A stretch of DNA of 64,000 nt from Utricularia gibba (taxonomy: Eukaryota > Plantae > Magnoliophyta). Positions 34,950 through 49,822 of this stretch are shown here, piece after piece. The notes beneath the pieces are model-generated. The model did not search any database and was not told where the DNA came from. It saw only the letters and a program-made list of their open reading frames with translations. The stretch covers positions 2,294,001 to 2,358,000 of the forward strand of contig NEEC01000010.1 in the NCBI GenBank assembly GCA_002189035.1. The letters are read 5' to 3'. The translations under genes were made by a program, and so were the position numbers. Position 1 is the first letter of the stretch. Every line of letters begins with the position of its first letter.

Positions 34950-37900
34950 TCATCTTCCTTCTCCAATTTTTCCATAGGGCAATGTGGGCTGCCCAGGTTC
35001 AGCAGGGGATATTTCACTTGTGCCAACACTTGCAGCAGCAGCAGCAGCAGTGGCATAGCTTGAGGTTAAGCTATCAGTATTCGTGAAGAAGGATGATGTA
35101 TCATCGAACGTCGGGTTAATTAAGTACCCGGGGCGGGAAGTAACTGGAGCCACCTCAATGTCACCACACAGCATTGCCATCACACGGGACATGGGTGGCC
35201 GTAATGCCGGAGATGCTTGTATGCACAGAAGAGCGACACCAATGACCCTCCTCACTTCCTCTGCGTTGAAGTCTTTCAATACTGGATCCACTAGCTCCAG
35301 TTCACTCTTGGTTTCGTGCAGATTCCAAGCCTGAAGAAGCATCAGTGAAACAATCTTAATGTTCTTACCTCAAGAGAATCAAGTATCATTTTGGTCAAAA
35401 TATGGGAAGACGTACCCAGTCAAGAAGATACGTGCCCTTCTTTTCATTGTCTGTATTAGACCTCCCACTGACAATCTCCATAGCCACGACCCCAAAGCTA
35501 AAGACATCTACTTTTTCAGTAAGATGCCCTCGCATAGCATACTCCGGCGGCATATACCCACTAAGCAAAGAAGAGAAAAAATGAATATTTGGTGCTAAGT
35601 GATATGTGATGAAACATTAAAACTTACATTGTACCGGCGACCCTTGTGCTTATGTGTGTCTTCTTATCATCGTACAGCTTAGCCAGCCCAAAATCTGATA
35701 TCTTGGGCATAAGATCCGAGTCCAGAAGGATATTGCTAGCTTTCACATCTCTATGAACAATTCTAATGCGGGATTTCTCGTGGAGATACGTTAACCCTCG
35801 TGCAATTCCCAAGCATATGTCAAACCTTGTTGCCCAGTCGAGGTGTAAGCTTCGGCTACCATCTCCAAACAGTATTTGATCAAGACTCCCGTTCTCAAGA
35901 AACTCGTACACGAGCATACGTTTGTCTCCTTCAATACAGCAACCATGCAACTTCACAAGGTTACGGTGTTGCACAGCTGATATAGAGGCTATTTCTGCTA
36001 CAAACTGGTTCTTTCCCTGATTTGAAGTCACTGAAAGCTGCTTAACAGCAACAACTCTGCTATCCCCAAGTTTACCCTACAGAATATGCCATTGCAAATT
36101 GCATATGTTTCTGCATCTAGCTGAAAAAACTGAATAGTAAGTACCTTGTAAACTGGACCGAATCCTCCTTCTCCAAGCTTGTTCTCGATGTTGAAGTCAT
36201 TTGTTGCAGTTTTAAGCTCAGAATAACTGAATGTGTACGGCCGGAATTCAATGCCGAGTAGTTCTAGATGTTAATATCAACAGAAGCAACAAAATGTCAT
36301 GGCACATAACAAAATAAACACAGATCAACAGTTACACGAATGCAAAGTCACCTTGATCCTCTAAATCTCTTTGCCTTTTTCGGCGGACAAAGATAACTGC
36401 AAGGAGGACAAGCAAGCATGCAGCAGCAACAACTCCCACAACTGCCCCAACAATACGACCAGTAGAATTCTGAGGGGAGTTGCTGGTGACACTTGAATTC
36501 GAAACTGTTTAAGAAAGTACCAACTGATTTTATAAGACTGTTGAGTACTTCAACATCACCTTTGCTAACAACTTAATACGTTGCTTGAAGATTTTGCTTA
36601 CTTCGTCTTGCACTTAAAGCTGAAATAGCTGGTCCATAGGTCCCTGGTGCTGGTACACAGCAAGTTCCTTTGCCAGCCCAAAACAGATGAACTTCGACAT
36701 AGTTATTCACGACAGAAACATTGAAACTCCTCACCACAGCGCGGAAAGAAACACCACCAGCTTCTCTTTGTATGTCGAAATCTCTCAGTAACAAATTCCC
36801 TGAACCATATAGATTCTCTATACTTGAGAGAAGGAAATGTCTGCATACACATGGAGTGTGAAAGTGGGATTACCTGAATATATACATCAAACACACGTCT
36901 TCCGAGGCTCCTCCACGTTCTTGTATTGACAATGGTAGCCTCTGCAAACTGTAGCGTTACTGTGTAGTTGCCATTTTCAAGACCTAAACCGTAGTATCTC
37001 AATGACCCTGCTGAAATCCTAGAAGTCTGAAAAAGCTCAGAATCTAGAGTACTGGTGAACTGCGATGATGAAAATGTTCGATAGAGTGGGTTAATGTCGT
37101 CACTAGGCAAACCAACATTGCTAACACCCCATCCTCTCTCTTGGGCTACATAGTAGTTTGCAGGGCCGAGAGTCTCATTCTCTCTATCATACAGAGTTCT
37201 ATCAGATAATGATGTGATCGACGGGCCTCCACATTTTACTGCAAATCCTGAATCTGCAAGAGGAAGATAGCAAAAATAAAATAAAATAAAATGGAATACC
37301 ATTTTAAACATCATGGAATTTAAGATGGAATGGAATGGAATACAAAAGAATAGTATTCCTTACTTGTGGGTGGAATACGGTTACAAGAAAAGCTTCTCTG
37401 CAGGCATTCCAACCCACTGTAATTATTGGACAAAATAGCTCTGAGAACTATGAGTAAAACCTAAAATACCATGCATAATGAAATTCGTACCTCGTTGTGT
37501 TGACAGTAAGATTGTTTGACACGGCGTTGCTACAATAAATGGTTCACCACATTTAGCTCATATTAAATTTTAAAACGGTGCAAGCAAGAACTTTCTAACT
37601 CTTTTTGCTCATACAGGCTCAAGTTCTGCACATTGATCCATGATGGAAAGCTTCCTGACAACTCATTGTATGAAACATCTCTACCATGAAGAGTGTAGCA
37701 TTTGAGCAAGGGAACCACATAGTTACTGAGATTTTAGGCATTTGGTACATCAAATAAAATCAGGCACATACATAATCAAAAGGTTGGAACTCTTCTGCAA
37801 AGGAAGCCCGCCGGTTAAACTGTTATTTCCAAGATAACTGTAGAGAAAAAAAATGTAAATGAGGCATTTAGTACAATTAAATTCTTTTTGTCTTCTAGCG

Positions 37901-40362
37901 CATGGGTATCGAAGAATGATTCGTTACAGGTTAGTGAGGGAGGGATGATTGAAAATGGAGTCTGGAATACTTCCTGTCAAGTTATTGAAGCTCAAATCCC
38001 TGAAGAACAACAATGATCATATCTCATTTATAGGCCATAGCTTCCATATTGGTATCATAAATTTTCATTCACAATAAGGTCAAACAAGACTCACAGCGTC
38101 AGCAAGCCTTGGAAGTTGTTGAAGAACGTAGGTATTGAATCCGAGATGTAATTGTTCCGCAATATTCTGTAAGAAAACACAGATGGCTTTGCTTGCTGAA
38201 AGAAATAGCTCCATTCACAATCTAAGTAATTATCCATCTTCTTACAAAGTAGTTAGTGAAGTCAAGTTCTGAAGGAAGACAAGCGAAGATGTTACATTCA
38301 ATACATCACTTATTCTCCTGCGATTATAATTGAAATTAGTCATTCTTTAAACGGAAGGAAAGGAAAGGAAAGTATAAAGAACTTACAAATCAGTCAAGGT
38401 AGTCAAGTTGGAAAATGAAGAATGTATTGGACCACTGAAAGAATTACCTTGCAATCTCCTGTCAAGCATTTATCATCAACAACTACGTTAATATGAAGAC
38501 TATTTTGGTGTATAGCATTAACTATATAAAGCTTTTACGTGGTGCTAATGAACTTCGATATGCAGTGCAGAGAAATTTATTCTTACAATACTTCAAGGGA
38601 CGTCCAGTTTCCTATGTACGCTGGTATCTCACCAATAAAATCATTATCAGACGCCCATCTGAAAGCCATACATTTTTCTAGTAAGTAATCAAATTCCATG
38701 TCCGAACATATTATCAATATCCTTGTAATGGGTGAGCTTCTAGGCATTCGAGTTCTTACACTGTACGCAAGTTTTGCAGATTCGCAAAAGTTTCTGGAAG
38801 TGCACCACTGGCTCCGCAGCTATCAATGTGTCTAATCAGGAATTAAAACCAAACATTAGAATGACAAGGGAAGCTGAATACTTCACGTTTCTTTCTCTTT
38901 CTTTTTAAAATCTTGAAGTGATGTTCTCATATTTTACATCTCTTCAAGCCTTGTCAGGCTCCCAAGTTCTCGTGGAAGTAGACCAGAAAAGTTGTTTGTA
39001 CCAAGTGACCTGCGCATGAGCAAATTGCAAGAGGGCTTGAAATCTTAAATAAGTTCCCTTGTAGTATGCCTTGCTGTTTGAGGAAAATATCAGTATGCAT
39101 TTGGTGAAAGCATTGCCTTCCCTTTTACTTACAGTGATATTAAATCAGTAAGCAGTCCAAGTTCAGAAGGAATCCGTCCCGACAAGTCGTTTATGCTCAA
39201 GCTCCTGATATATAAATGCATCTAAGATGGACGCAGGGCTAGTAAAAACTAATCAATAATTCAACTAAAAAAACAACGAAAATACCAACACCAGAAAAGT
39301 GAACATACAAGTACTGCATACGGCGGAGATTTCTAATCGCCGGAGGAATAGGTCCCGTGAGATAGTTCGCAGACAAATTTCTGAACAAAAAAAGATTACG
39401 CAAACAAACTCATCATAAAGCTAAAAAAAAGGACGCATTTATGTAAGAATCACTGTTTGGTCATACAAATTAGTCAAAAAGGTCAAATTCCAGAGCTCAT
39501 CCGGGAGAGTACCCGATACATCCCTTTGATAGACCTTCCTGCGAACCCATTGGAACAAAATTGAACACAATTTCCTTTCGTCCATAGAACTCATGCAGAC
39601 ATACACTACTTACAATGCCGTGATATGGCAAGTGGAATTATTGTCCGCAGAGCAGTCGCATTTGATTCCTAGCAGAACATTGTCGTCTGAAGAGATCGGA
39701 GTGTCATCAATGGCTTCACCGGTGCACAATTCCCCGCTTATATTCCAAGCATTCGATGCTTGAACCCCCCATCTCCCAAGTATTGTGTTCAACAACCTTG
39801 CTGAACCAACGACATGCAAAAAACTTCTTCATTGTGCAACGCGAAATCTTCACAAAAGTTACCTGGAGATTTGGAACACCGTTTCCAGTTCTTCGTTGAA
39901 ACCTCTTATATTTATACAAATAATTTTGTTATTAAATATTAATATTTTTCATTATAAAATATTTAAAAATATATAATATTTGATTATTTTAAAAAACTAT
40001 AAAATCAAAAAAATTAATTTTTCAAAAATATTTGAAAATTACCAACTGGTAATTGTTTTATTTACTGGTTGATCTTTTCTAAAAGCATCTGTACGGAAGG
40101 GTAATCTCCTTAATTTCAAATTCACTCGTTGACTAGGTTTCACGACTCTGATACGAAGCTGGACAGCGCACGGCGCAAAATAGCAGCAGAAATTGAATTC
40201 TCATGCACACACCCAGGAAGGAGAAGTCTACCTACCTTCCGTCGGATCGGTGGTGGCGGTGGAGTTGGTATTTTGAGCTCCGGCGAGATAGCCCAGTTGG
40301 GAAACGACGAAAACAACCCAAAACCAGGGTAACCGCCGCGGCGGCGACGCAGCCAGCTCCAT
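34950..40362 (-). CDS. LRR-malectin receptor-like Ser/Thr kinase (LRR-VIII-2, At1g56130/40-like), many exons
   Basis: Signal peptide ...[17 protein letters not shown], 72-nt LRR exons (e.g. [23 protein letters not shown]), malectin [23 protein letters not shown] kinase HRDVKASN...[22 protein letters not shown]. Confidence 0.92.
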
Positions 40363-43300
40363 GTGAGATCTCCCCATCATTCCACAGAGAACCGAGTAGT
40401 CTACCGACGACACAATTAGCTTCTCGGAGGTGAGGAAAGCACCTTGGAGACCATTTTCGAATAGACCCAATTATTAGAAAAGTCTTTCAAGAGCAACTTG
40501 GGAATCAACGTCTCAACTTAAAAGCCGCCAGGTCCCATGTTTTCTTCATATGTGTTGTTTTTTTTATGATAATTATGTTTTGTTCATATGCATTCAATGC
40601 CGGGCTTATTGTGGTGTTTTCAAATCGCCGATCGACCTGAGAATGATACATGACAAAGAGGACAAGGAAGAGAAGGATCATGCATGACTTCGTTTCCGAT
40701 GTGAAATTCGTACAAGAATTTGGTATCATTTTTTTCATTATTATCGTCATATTTGTGATAATTCAAAATGATCGATCGAATTCAATGATTTAATCAACCA
40801 AAGTTACATCACAAACCATCAATGTTGTCTAATTTTCTCAATTAAATATGTTTTCCATAATTAAATTGCACTGTAACATGATGCGAACCATTCATTTATA
40901 AATTCATACATTCTAACCCAATCTCTATCTTGCAGATTAATACAAAAAATTAATATTGGCGATACTAATTTTTTAATACAGATTTATTAGTCATCATAAC
41001 AGGATCTCGCCACGTGGCATCATATGGAGACTTTATGGAACGGGTATTAGAGTAATTCATACATTCTAACTCATCTTCTATCTTGCACGCGATGTTCGTC
41101 ATATCCGCCTCTGTGGAGGCTGCAGGAGCATGGGCCGCCGGCCTACAGGCGACTGGCAACTCGGCCCATGCCCCAGAGGACATTTTGAGGGGATTGGGCC
41201 GCCAAAACAAATCCAGTAGAGGGCAACTACGTCATTGTTGGGCTTTCTTCTTCACGCTCACTCGACGGAAGGAAGCTATGAGAAGGTCAATCGATTGGCG
41301 TGAAGGTGCAAGCAAAAGGGTGTGGTGCGGTGCCGTGGTGCTGATGGCACCTGATTCCCCAACCAGGGTTAAGTTAAGAAAGCCCATGCAGAATAGAATG
41401 GCGTGGAGAGAGAGGGTCACATCAGGTGCATTAATGGATCCCCGGTTTTGTAGTTTCGCCTCATAAATGTTTCTGTTGACTCAGGTTGCTGAGTGTGACA
41501 CAGATCCTGATCATCATCCACCATCCAACTCCATTTCCATTTTTTACATTGTGGGATTTCAACCATCCATCAACGAATACAAACACACTCTTCCTCCGTC
41601 AAAACACAATGCGCATCATACTCCAGTTATAAAAAAACTGCTGAAAATTGAACATAAAAAATGAAATGATTGTTAGTTTAAAACATCTAATTTTTATGAT
41701 TTTACATTCTATTTTTTCAATGAAAAAATCTCATGTAACATTAGTAAAATACTTTTATTTAAGTATGTTCTCACTTCGTCCGTAACCAATGTAAAATTTT
41801 ATATTGTTACAAGTCTCATAACCTTATATTATTCAATAATCCTATAAAAAACGAGATTTACATTTACATAAATTAATAGAACATGGTTGAATATATACAT
41901 CTAACTTTAATGGGTTTGAATGTATATGTCTAATAAATTAAATCATGTATATGAGAACATTAACTTATTATCAAGTACATCTAAACAAAAAATATTATTT
42001 TATATAAATTAATTGAAATGGATTTCAATTAATATGATATTCCACAAATCTTCTCAAATACCATGTTTCCAACAAAAGCATTGTGATCAAATAAACCCCA
42101 TGTTCATGTTCTTCTAAAAGCAGCGTAGTGCTGAATGTGGAATGGAATACTCCTACTTCCCGTCTCCATCCTGGTTCCCAAATCCCGAAACGTGGGTTGC
42201 CTCGCCTCGCCTCACATTGCACACAGTATTATGCAATGCAATGCATGATATGAATGCCCCCCAATTGAATGCCACAAAATTTAGTTGAATGCTTGTGCTA
42301 CATTTATGGGCGGGGTGACTGACCCGACCCCTACACTACCCTATCAGCTACCTCAATCCCAATCCCACCACCAAGTTGCTGCTTTTTCTTGAATCATTTT
42401 GGTAGAGATGCATGCAGTTGGGGTGCATTTATTCCATGCTCATTCAATGCCTTCATCTGCTTCTTTCATCCAAGATTAACAGGCTCTAGAGGCTTTAAAA
42501 CATCCCGCTGCTCATTAATGACAGAAGATTAACTAACACCTCTGCAAAACAACATGAAGGTGCATTGGGCCACGCTCAATTACACCAACCAGCTGCTCTG
42601 CTCTTGAGATCATTAAGGCATGGCTTAGGCTCTTAATCTGCTGCAGCTTTAATGGCGTACCGTGGTAGGCCACAGATGCATTAACTCCCCCCGATTTTTA
42701 AGCTTCTGGAGGGAATGGGGAGGAGGCAGGAGCCAACAGATGTGGCGTAATCAACGCTTGAATTCAATATTATTACCTTGGCGCATTTAAATCAAAAATC
42801 AAATCTTTTTCGATATGATCTTATTCTCCCCCTTTGTTCTATTACATTTAAATCTTTTCTATTTTCTTTTCAATGCTATTAAAAAACATTTATCATTCCA
42901 TCTTCAATTTATCAATCTTGAAGAAAATGTATTTCTACATATCAGTCTTTAAATTGTAATTTTTTACTATGGAAATTACAGGTTTTTAAAATAGATATTA
43001 ATGCAATTCGAGATAAATGTTTTTTTTAAGGGAAAAAAAGAGGGGGAGAAGGAGGACTGGAGGACGAGGCATCACCTACATATCCACATGCGTGCATTAA
43101 AGTGTAATAACTCCATTTAAAATTTGTGTCCACTCAAGTTTCCTTTTCTTGGCAGTATTATTTTAATCCCCCTATTTAAAGAACAATGACGTGTCATGTT
43201 GGCGACACGCCTCCTTTGAAATGACAAATAAATTTCAAACAATCGCAACTGGGTTCTGACATGAGATGAGGTGAGATGATATGATGCCACGGGTGCACAC

Positions 43301-46300
43301 ACAACATGTTACACTTCAAAAATCATAGTCTCTCAACAGGTTTGTGCGTTGATAAATATCGGGTTTCTGTTGTACTTAATCATTAATATTTCTATTTTTT
43401 TAATACATAAGTGATTTCTTTTTTTTCTTCCCATTTAGATTCTCCGAAACTAATTGTGTTTCATGCTCTTTATTTTTTATGTTAACAGTTAAGGTTTAGG
43501 GTTTTTTTGCACGTGTACGATAAGTTACTTAGTAATAAACTGCGAACAATTGAATTTCATTATGTTAAATTTGTAAGAGAGATTTGAAAAAAAAAACAAG
43601 TTTAACAATCACTCTAATAAATATTAAGTTAAGATTTTTTTAAAAAAAATGCTTTAACCCTTTGCACAAAAGATTTGCAGTTTGATAAATTCAATCATAG
43701 TTCAAACCCTAATCGAACTTTTCATTTTTTAATTTTTTTAATATTTTTTAAATTAATTCAAATTTAACGAAACATGAACAGTTTGTGATTAAACTTGTGA
43801 ATTAGAAAAAATTACAATCATCAGAAACTGTATGATAAAAATGGTCGTTTAATCTTTTTACTTATGCGTGTGAGATAAAGTAACAGCGGTAAATTTTATA
43901 GGATTACAAACCCTCCCTATGATTCCCGAGCTTCTGAGTGCAGCTTAAGCGCATCGGAACATGCAATCCAAATAAAAAAAAAAAAAAGGGAATGGGGGCG
44001 TGGGCTTTGCCTCAGAGAGGGTTCGTGCGGGATAAAAAGGGCAGGAGAGGTGGTACCGGGAACTGGAGGGTGAAAAAATGGAAGTTACTGAGGGAGGGGG
44101 AAGGAGGCGCAAACATCCCATCAGATCGTGGAAGCCGCCATAATGAGGAGTACGAAGAAATGAATAAATGACTCAGGGCGCTTTTATTGCATCCATCCGC
44201 TTGGTGCAGTTGAGTTAAAAAAACTGGGAGAAATTATTGGAACTCTGTAACTCTGCTGCCTTTTCTCTCTGCTTCCATCCTAAACATTTACTTTGTGCTG
44301 CATGTGCATGCATGGCCCCTCTGCCCTTTCACCGTCGTACATTTATATGTAACTGACAAAACCACCCTCCTCTCCTTCTCTGCTCTGCCCCGTCATCTAT
44401 TGCTTTGCACCATACAAGAAGCAACGCGACTTCTTCAGATTCTGTAGTAAAAAAACCCTAATCCCGGATCCCAATTCAGGTTATGTTGCTCAAGTACGAT
44501 TAATCGGGGCTGTTTTTCCCAGAAAAATTGTTACCCTGCGTGGCTGAGCACTGTGGCAGCCCATCATACGCCACACCCAGACAATGGATAAAGTAGACAT
44601 GTCCAGGGCATGCCTGCCATTGATAGAGCCATTGCCTTTGTTTTTTGAAATGCTGTATAATGAGTCGAGCAACTGGGCGTAAACTGGATAACTAGATCAG
44701 AGTTGCACCTCTCTTTGTCAGATACCGCTAAAACCCCTTTTCCTTTGCTTTCGAAACACACATATTCCGGGTGAATCGCGAAAGTAGCGACTGTCTGCAT
44801 TATGGATGATCTCTTTTTTAGTTAACCCCACAAATCTCATCTCAGGGCTAGCTTTCCGTCTTCTTTTGATACAGAAAAGTGGAGGTGGATGATCCTGCTC
44901 ATTATGGAGTTGCTGTTCCACGTTTGTCTGGAAACCCAAATTCAGCAGCGGACATAGAAATTTAACTTAGCCCGGGCCAAACACAACAAATGCAATGCAC
45001 AGTAAATAAACGCATAAGCATCTTCTTCAATTTTGAACCCTCCACTTTTACGATATTGTTCGAATATCAAACTTCCTCAAGTAGTGTCATTTTATACACA
45101 TTTTAAAATAGTATGATTAATTCTCAAATTCATACTATGTGAATTGAGCCTGCAGAATGGACACGAGACAGCACCAGATCAGCTGTGTGCATTTTAGTTC
45201 ACTATTTTATGTAATTAGGGGAAATATTCGATACATAAATTCACAGTTATCGCTCTCGTCAGTACAAATGTCTGGAAAATCCTTCTCTCGATATGCTCGA
45301 CAAGACATTTGTCTTCTTACAATTTAAAGAAAGGTAATAGATACTTTGATCATTAACACTCCAAACGTGGGCGACACACTGCCCAATACCACCATCATTA
45401 AATAATATTCTGGTTCCAGTATCCCTTTTCCATGATATTTAATATTCAACCATATAATATAAAGTTTCTTATTTGCAAATAGGATGAAAAATTATGATTT
45501 ATGTGCCACAAAAATAAAATAATATTGGGTTAATATCATTAATCAATAATATGATAAATCATCTCCAACTATTATTATTATGACATTTGGTATCATACCC
45601 AAATATGGATACGCACCAATAGTGGGATAATATAAGTATATACTATATTAGTTATGAATGTGAAAATAACGTATATAATTAAAGTTATCCTTTTAATATT
45701 ATATAATATGTTTTTTAGTAAATATATAACGTAAAACTGTAAAAATTCAATGATTAAAATGTAGAATATTGTATATGAATATATTGTGGTTTGTGAGATT
45801 AAACCGCCAAAAAAATGTTACTATTGACTTACGAAGTACAAGGGGTAAGCTTTTTTTCCAATTATTTATGTCTGTCACGTGCATAAATAATTCAAAAACG
45901 CATTGGTACGGCATAAAATATTTTCCAAATTCTGACAAATGCACGCTTCTTGTTTCCACAGTCGACACTGCACAAAGAAGAGCAATCTAATTTTGGCATA
46001 CATTGAGCAATAAGTTTTTTTGTTGACCACGATTATATTAAATAATATTTATTAATGAATTTTTATATTTATTTTTTATTTTCGCATTCAAGGAGAGTTG
46101 GGATGGGCATGGGATAGGGTGATAAAGAAGAAAAATTTAATGATGGAAGGGGTAGGTGTGCAATTTTTAATGGGAATAATGATGGTGGAGAATTAATATA
46201 AGTTAGGTATATGGATTTATGGTGGAATAAATGCCAATTACCCGATTCATGAGGGGGGCATATGCAATTAATCAATCCCCTTTAAATGAATACTTGTAGC

Positions 46301-49300
46301 TGGCTACTGCCCCTCTTCTCCTCTCTTCAGACCATTAATATTTCCCCTTCACACGTTTACCTACGCCCTCCCAATGCTTCCTCATTTATTTAAAAATGCC
46401 TACTTCTTGTATTCAAATCCCCCATTGCAATATATTTTATAATTAAAATTATAGATTTTTTTATAAAAATAAAAATAATATATTCGATTCAGATAAAGGA
46501 TACTTAAGAATTTAAATTCGGATCAATATCATTTGTAATTGTTGATTACAAATTTTTATTTATACTCGAATCATTTATTATCCATTCGAATTTATCGGTT
46601 AAAAAACATTCCTATTCCCATTTAATAACAATTTGATCACGAACAAAAGCACAATATTATTAATATTTTAGATTTCCTATTAATATCCGGTTGAACCGGT
46701 TTCTGATTGGACGGGTAGCGTGTTTTACCCAAACGCAGAAGAATCAGGGCTCAGAATCAACCGGTCGGTTGGTGACAAGGACCGCCCAACTTTATTCACT
46801 CCCCGGGTACCGAAAGTGTAATATACGGAAACCGGTGGACTCAAAAGCAGACAAAAGTTTTTGTTACTGGGCATTAAAAGTAATATCATGTTAGTTGGGG
46901 GACGGCTGCCCTAGTTTTCAAGGAATGCAACAGTTCATTTTATTCCTCCAGCTGAAAAATATTCCGTGACATAATTATTTAAGTTCGGTATTTAAAAATA
47001 TGAGAAATAAAAGAAGTATGGCCAAATTTGAAAATAAATTGATTTTAAAGTATTTTTTAAGAGTATAAAATGTTTTAAATAGATCCTAAGAATATAGTAC
47101 AATACTCAGTTTGTTTTATAGACTTCCGGTGCCTTCCCAACACTCGGTATGGCGGCACCGGAGCAAACCCCTGCGTCGGAATCCGCCGAGTGACCAAGAC
47201 ACTCGGTCTGTTTCCGGTGCCGGACGCCGTCCGAGTGTCACATTATCCTCCTCTAATCGCCACGTCATTGAATGATCAATTTGGATAGACTCTTATTCTT
47301 CGGTTTCATTTCTATAATTTACTTGGAAAAATGGCAACCCGTTTGATGAAAAAAATGATTATTTTAATATTAATTTATCGTATTTGTGAAAAATAAACGT
47401 CACGACCCACGTTTCGTTTTACGATATTTTACACTTAGGTCACCTAAAATTCATCATTTTATGTTTTTTTACTTTCAGATAAATCTTCTCATTTGTGTAC
47501 CTTTTTTTAAGCATACATTTTTCTCATTCATAACTAATGTATAATATCGTAATTAAGCATCTTTGGGTTACATTAAAATAAATTGTAGTTAGATACTTTT
47601 ATTCATGAGCACATCATCTTCGAAAATGAATGAAAATTGGGTGAAACTGAATCGGATTAATACGTGTTTTGTATACTCGTCTACGACAAGCATTTGTATG
47701 TAAGAAGGGCGGTTGTCAAGGTTAGGTTTGCGTGCATTAAATGAACCCAATAAAAAAGAAGAGTAAGTTGATGGTCACACGTAATCCCTTAATGACAATT
47801 AAATTGTATGCGTGTCGTGTAGCAATTATTTCCTCAATCGCCTTGTAATTTAGATTATATCCACCATTTGTTTTTTAATACTTGTCACATCCTCAAATAA
47901 AACTACGTTATCAAATGGTTTACAGATCAAAACAAGGTGCTGAAACACACACAAACACAGAAGCCTGTGGGTGACTCGGTTTTCCCAAAATCCAAAGTAT
48001 TTTACAATAATATCAGAGTTATGTTCTATCTGTAGAAACAGACCGATTGTCCCTAGTTGAATGCAGTATCTGGGAAAGGGATGAGCGACTCTGCTATAGG
48101 AAATGTCATATCAGTGATCTTAAAATGAGGAGCGGATTGGGGAGCTTAGCTGGAGTCTTCGTTTTCTGGTGTTAGGGGGCTGGAGCCCCTCCCAACCTCA
48201 CCTGGGATCCGCTGATGGCTTCTAGGGAAGCTTTACTCGAGTTGCAGTAGACATGTAATGCTCTTTGTAAAGTAGAAGACTGAAGTATGTGGAGCTGTTG
48301 TAGCTTCAGCCTTCTACCTCCAATGCTACGACTGAGTAACAATGATAACACATCCATTTCTCATTAAAAAAGAAAAGAAAAAGAAGAGAAAACAGTCCTC
48401 GAGTGTTATCTCAAAACCCTGTGATTGCTATCGGAGTATGTCAGGGCCCCCACACAAACAGGGATGGTGAATCTCACACTTAGTTACGTTAACCCCATCT
48501 TTTGCTACCCTGATTCCAAAAAATTACCCATACTAAAACTATTTTAGATCAAACATGTTTGATTTTAGAATTTCTATTAAAGTAAATTTCATCGTATTTA
48601 AAGAAAAATTTGTATGATCATTCTAATCAACGTATTTATCTTTTTGTTTTCCAATAACATTGAAGCTAGTGAATGGATGATTACACCCACCAACTCCGTG
48701 TATGTGGTGTCTATTGATCCCATCCGAATTCCGAAATTTTGTCCGTTCTAATGGAACTAGACCACGAAATGTGACTGACCACCTGGATAGGTACTGCGCA
48801 AGTAAACTATAGAGATGAGAAGCGGTGGGTGGAGCATCAATATAGGGTTTTGGAGGTTGCGGGCAAAGAGTTGAGTGCCATATAAATAGCATTAGACGGA
48901 AGTAGAAAGGAGAGCAAATTGAACCAAGCTTCTTCATCATTGTGTTGTGTTGCAACTTGGAATTGGAACCAGGGTTGCGTAGGCCAGACATTGATGCACA
49001 CCTGTCCCTTGGAACTAAGATCACAACAAATCGCACAATTATTACGTCTTTAATAAGCCACTAACCCCAGCCCCTACCCCAATCACTCACCTACACCTCC
49101 TCACTATCTATCTGCTTTTGGGTGATTTTGGAAAGTAGTTACTATAAAATGTAATGTTTAGGATGATCAAGTTTAAAATGAAGATGCCCATTGACCTACC
49201 CACATGTTTCTAACAAGAAAGATGTCTTAATTGGACGTGTTTGTAAGGTAAGAAGCAGAGGTGGATTCTTCGGTACTTGTGATTCGCGGAGCTCAACCAG

Positions 49301-49822
49301 ACCAGTACTGGAACACGTCGTGTCATACCATCATCCCAAGTCCACCTATCGATCATCAGAACTCATTAGACAATTTGCATGAATGTATCGAACTACCGCC
49401 GGAATCCGTCACATCACCGCACCGGCCCGTCGCCGGAAACCACCATTGGAACCTGCCTGACCATCATTGTAACCGGTTAGGGAACCACCCCTCACAAATT
49501 TGGTCAAGGGTAAGAGTAATATTATTTTTTTAGATTCTGAAACATGTAAAAGTGGTTCTTGGGTGCCGTACAATTTAGGCAACGCATGCAGTATATGAAA
49601 ATAAAGAGGACGTGGTAACTGGAGGCTTATTTACCGGGTTGTAAATTATTATATGAAAATGAAGAGTGAAAGTCAACGGTTTGAAAATTTGTAGAGAGAT
49701 TACAAAAAATGGCAGTGGGTGGTTCTGTAAAAATATGTTTTCTTTTTTTTTTTCCAGTATCTACAAAATTAATGACAGCAGTGACAGTGAATTTAACCTC
49801 GCCATCACCGGCGAGGCTTTTT

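Noticed and set aside
44199-44210. 12-nt match to miR168 (cgcttggtgcag)
   Set aside because: The 3' half does not match and no miR168* arm is nearby. No other conserved miRNA hairpin was recognised in the window.
44595-44615. Perfect p53-type double half-site AGACATGTCC-a-GGGCATGCCT
   Set aside because: Plants have no p53. Chance occurrence of CATG-centred palindromes.
48172-48357. 61-aa ORF with good Kozak context as a secreted signalling peptide
   Set aside because: No CLE/CEP/IDA/RGF/RALF motif in any frame and no clear signal peptide, so it cannot be supported.
48790-49030. Possible solo LTR around a tataaatag motif at ~48881
   Set aside because: No TG...CA boundaries with TSD and no second copy or PBS/PPT could be identified.
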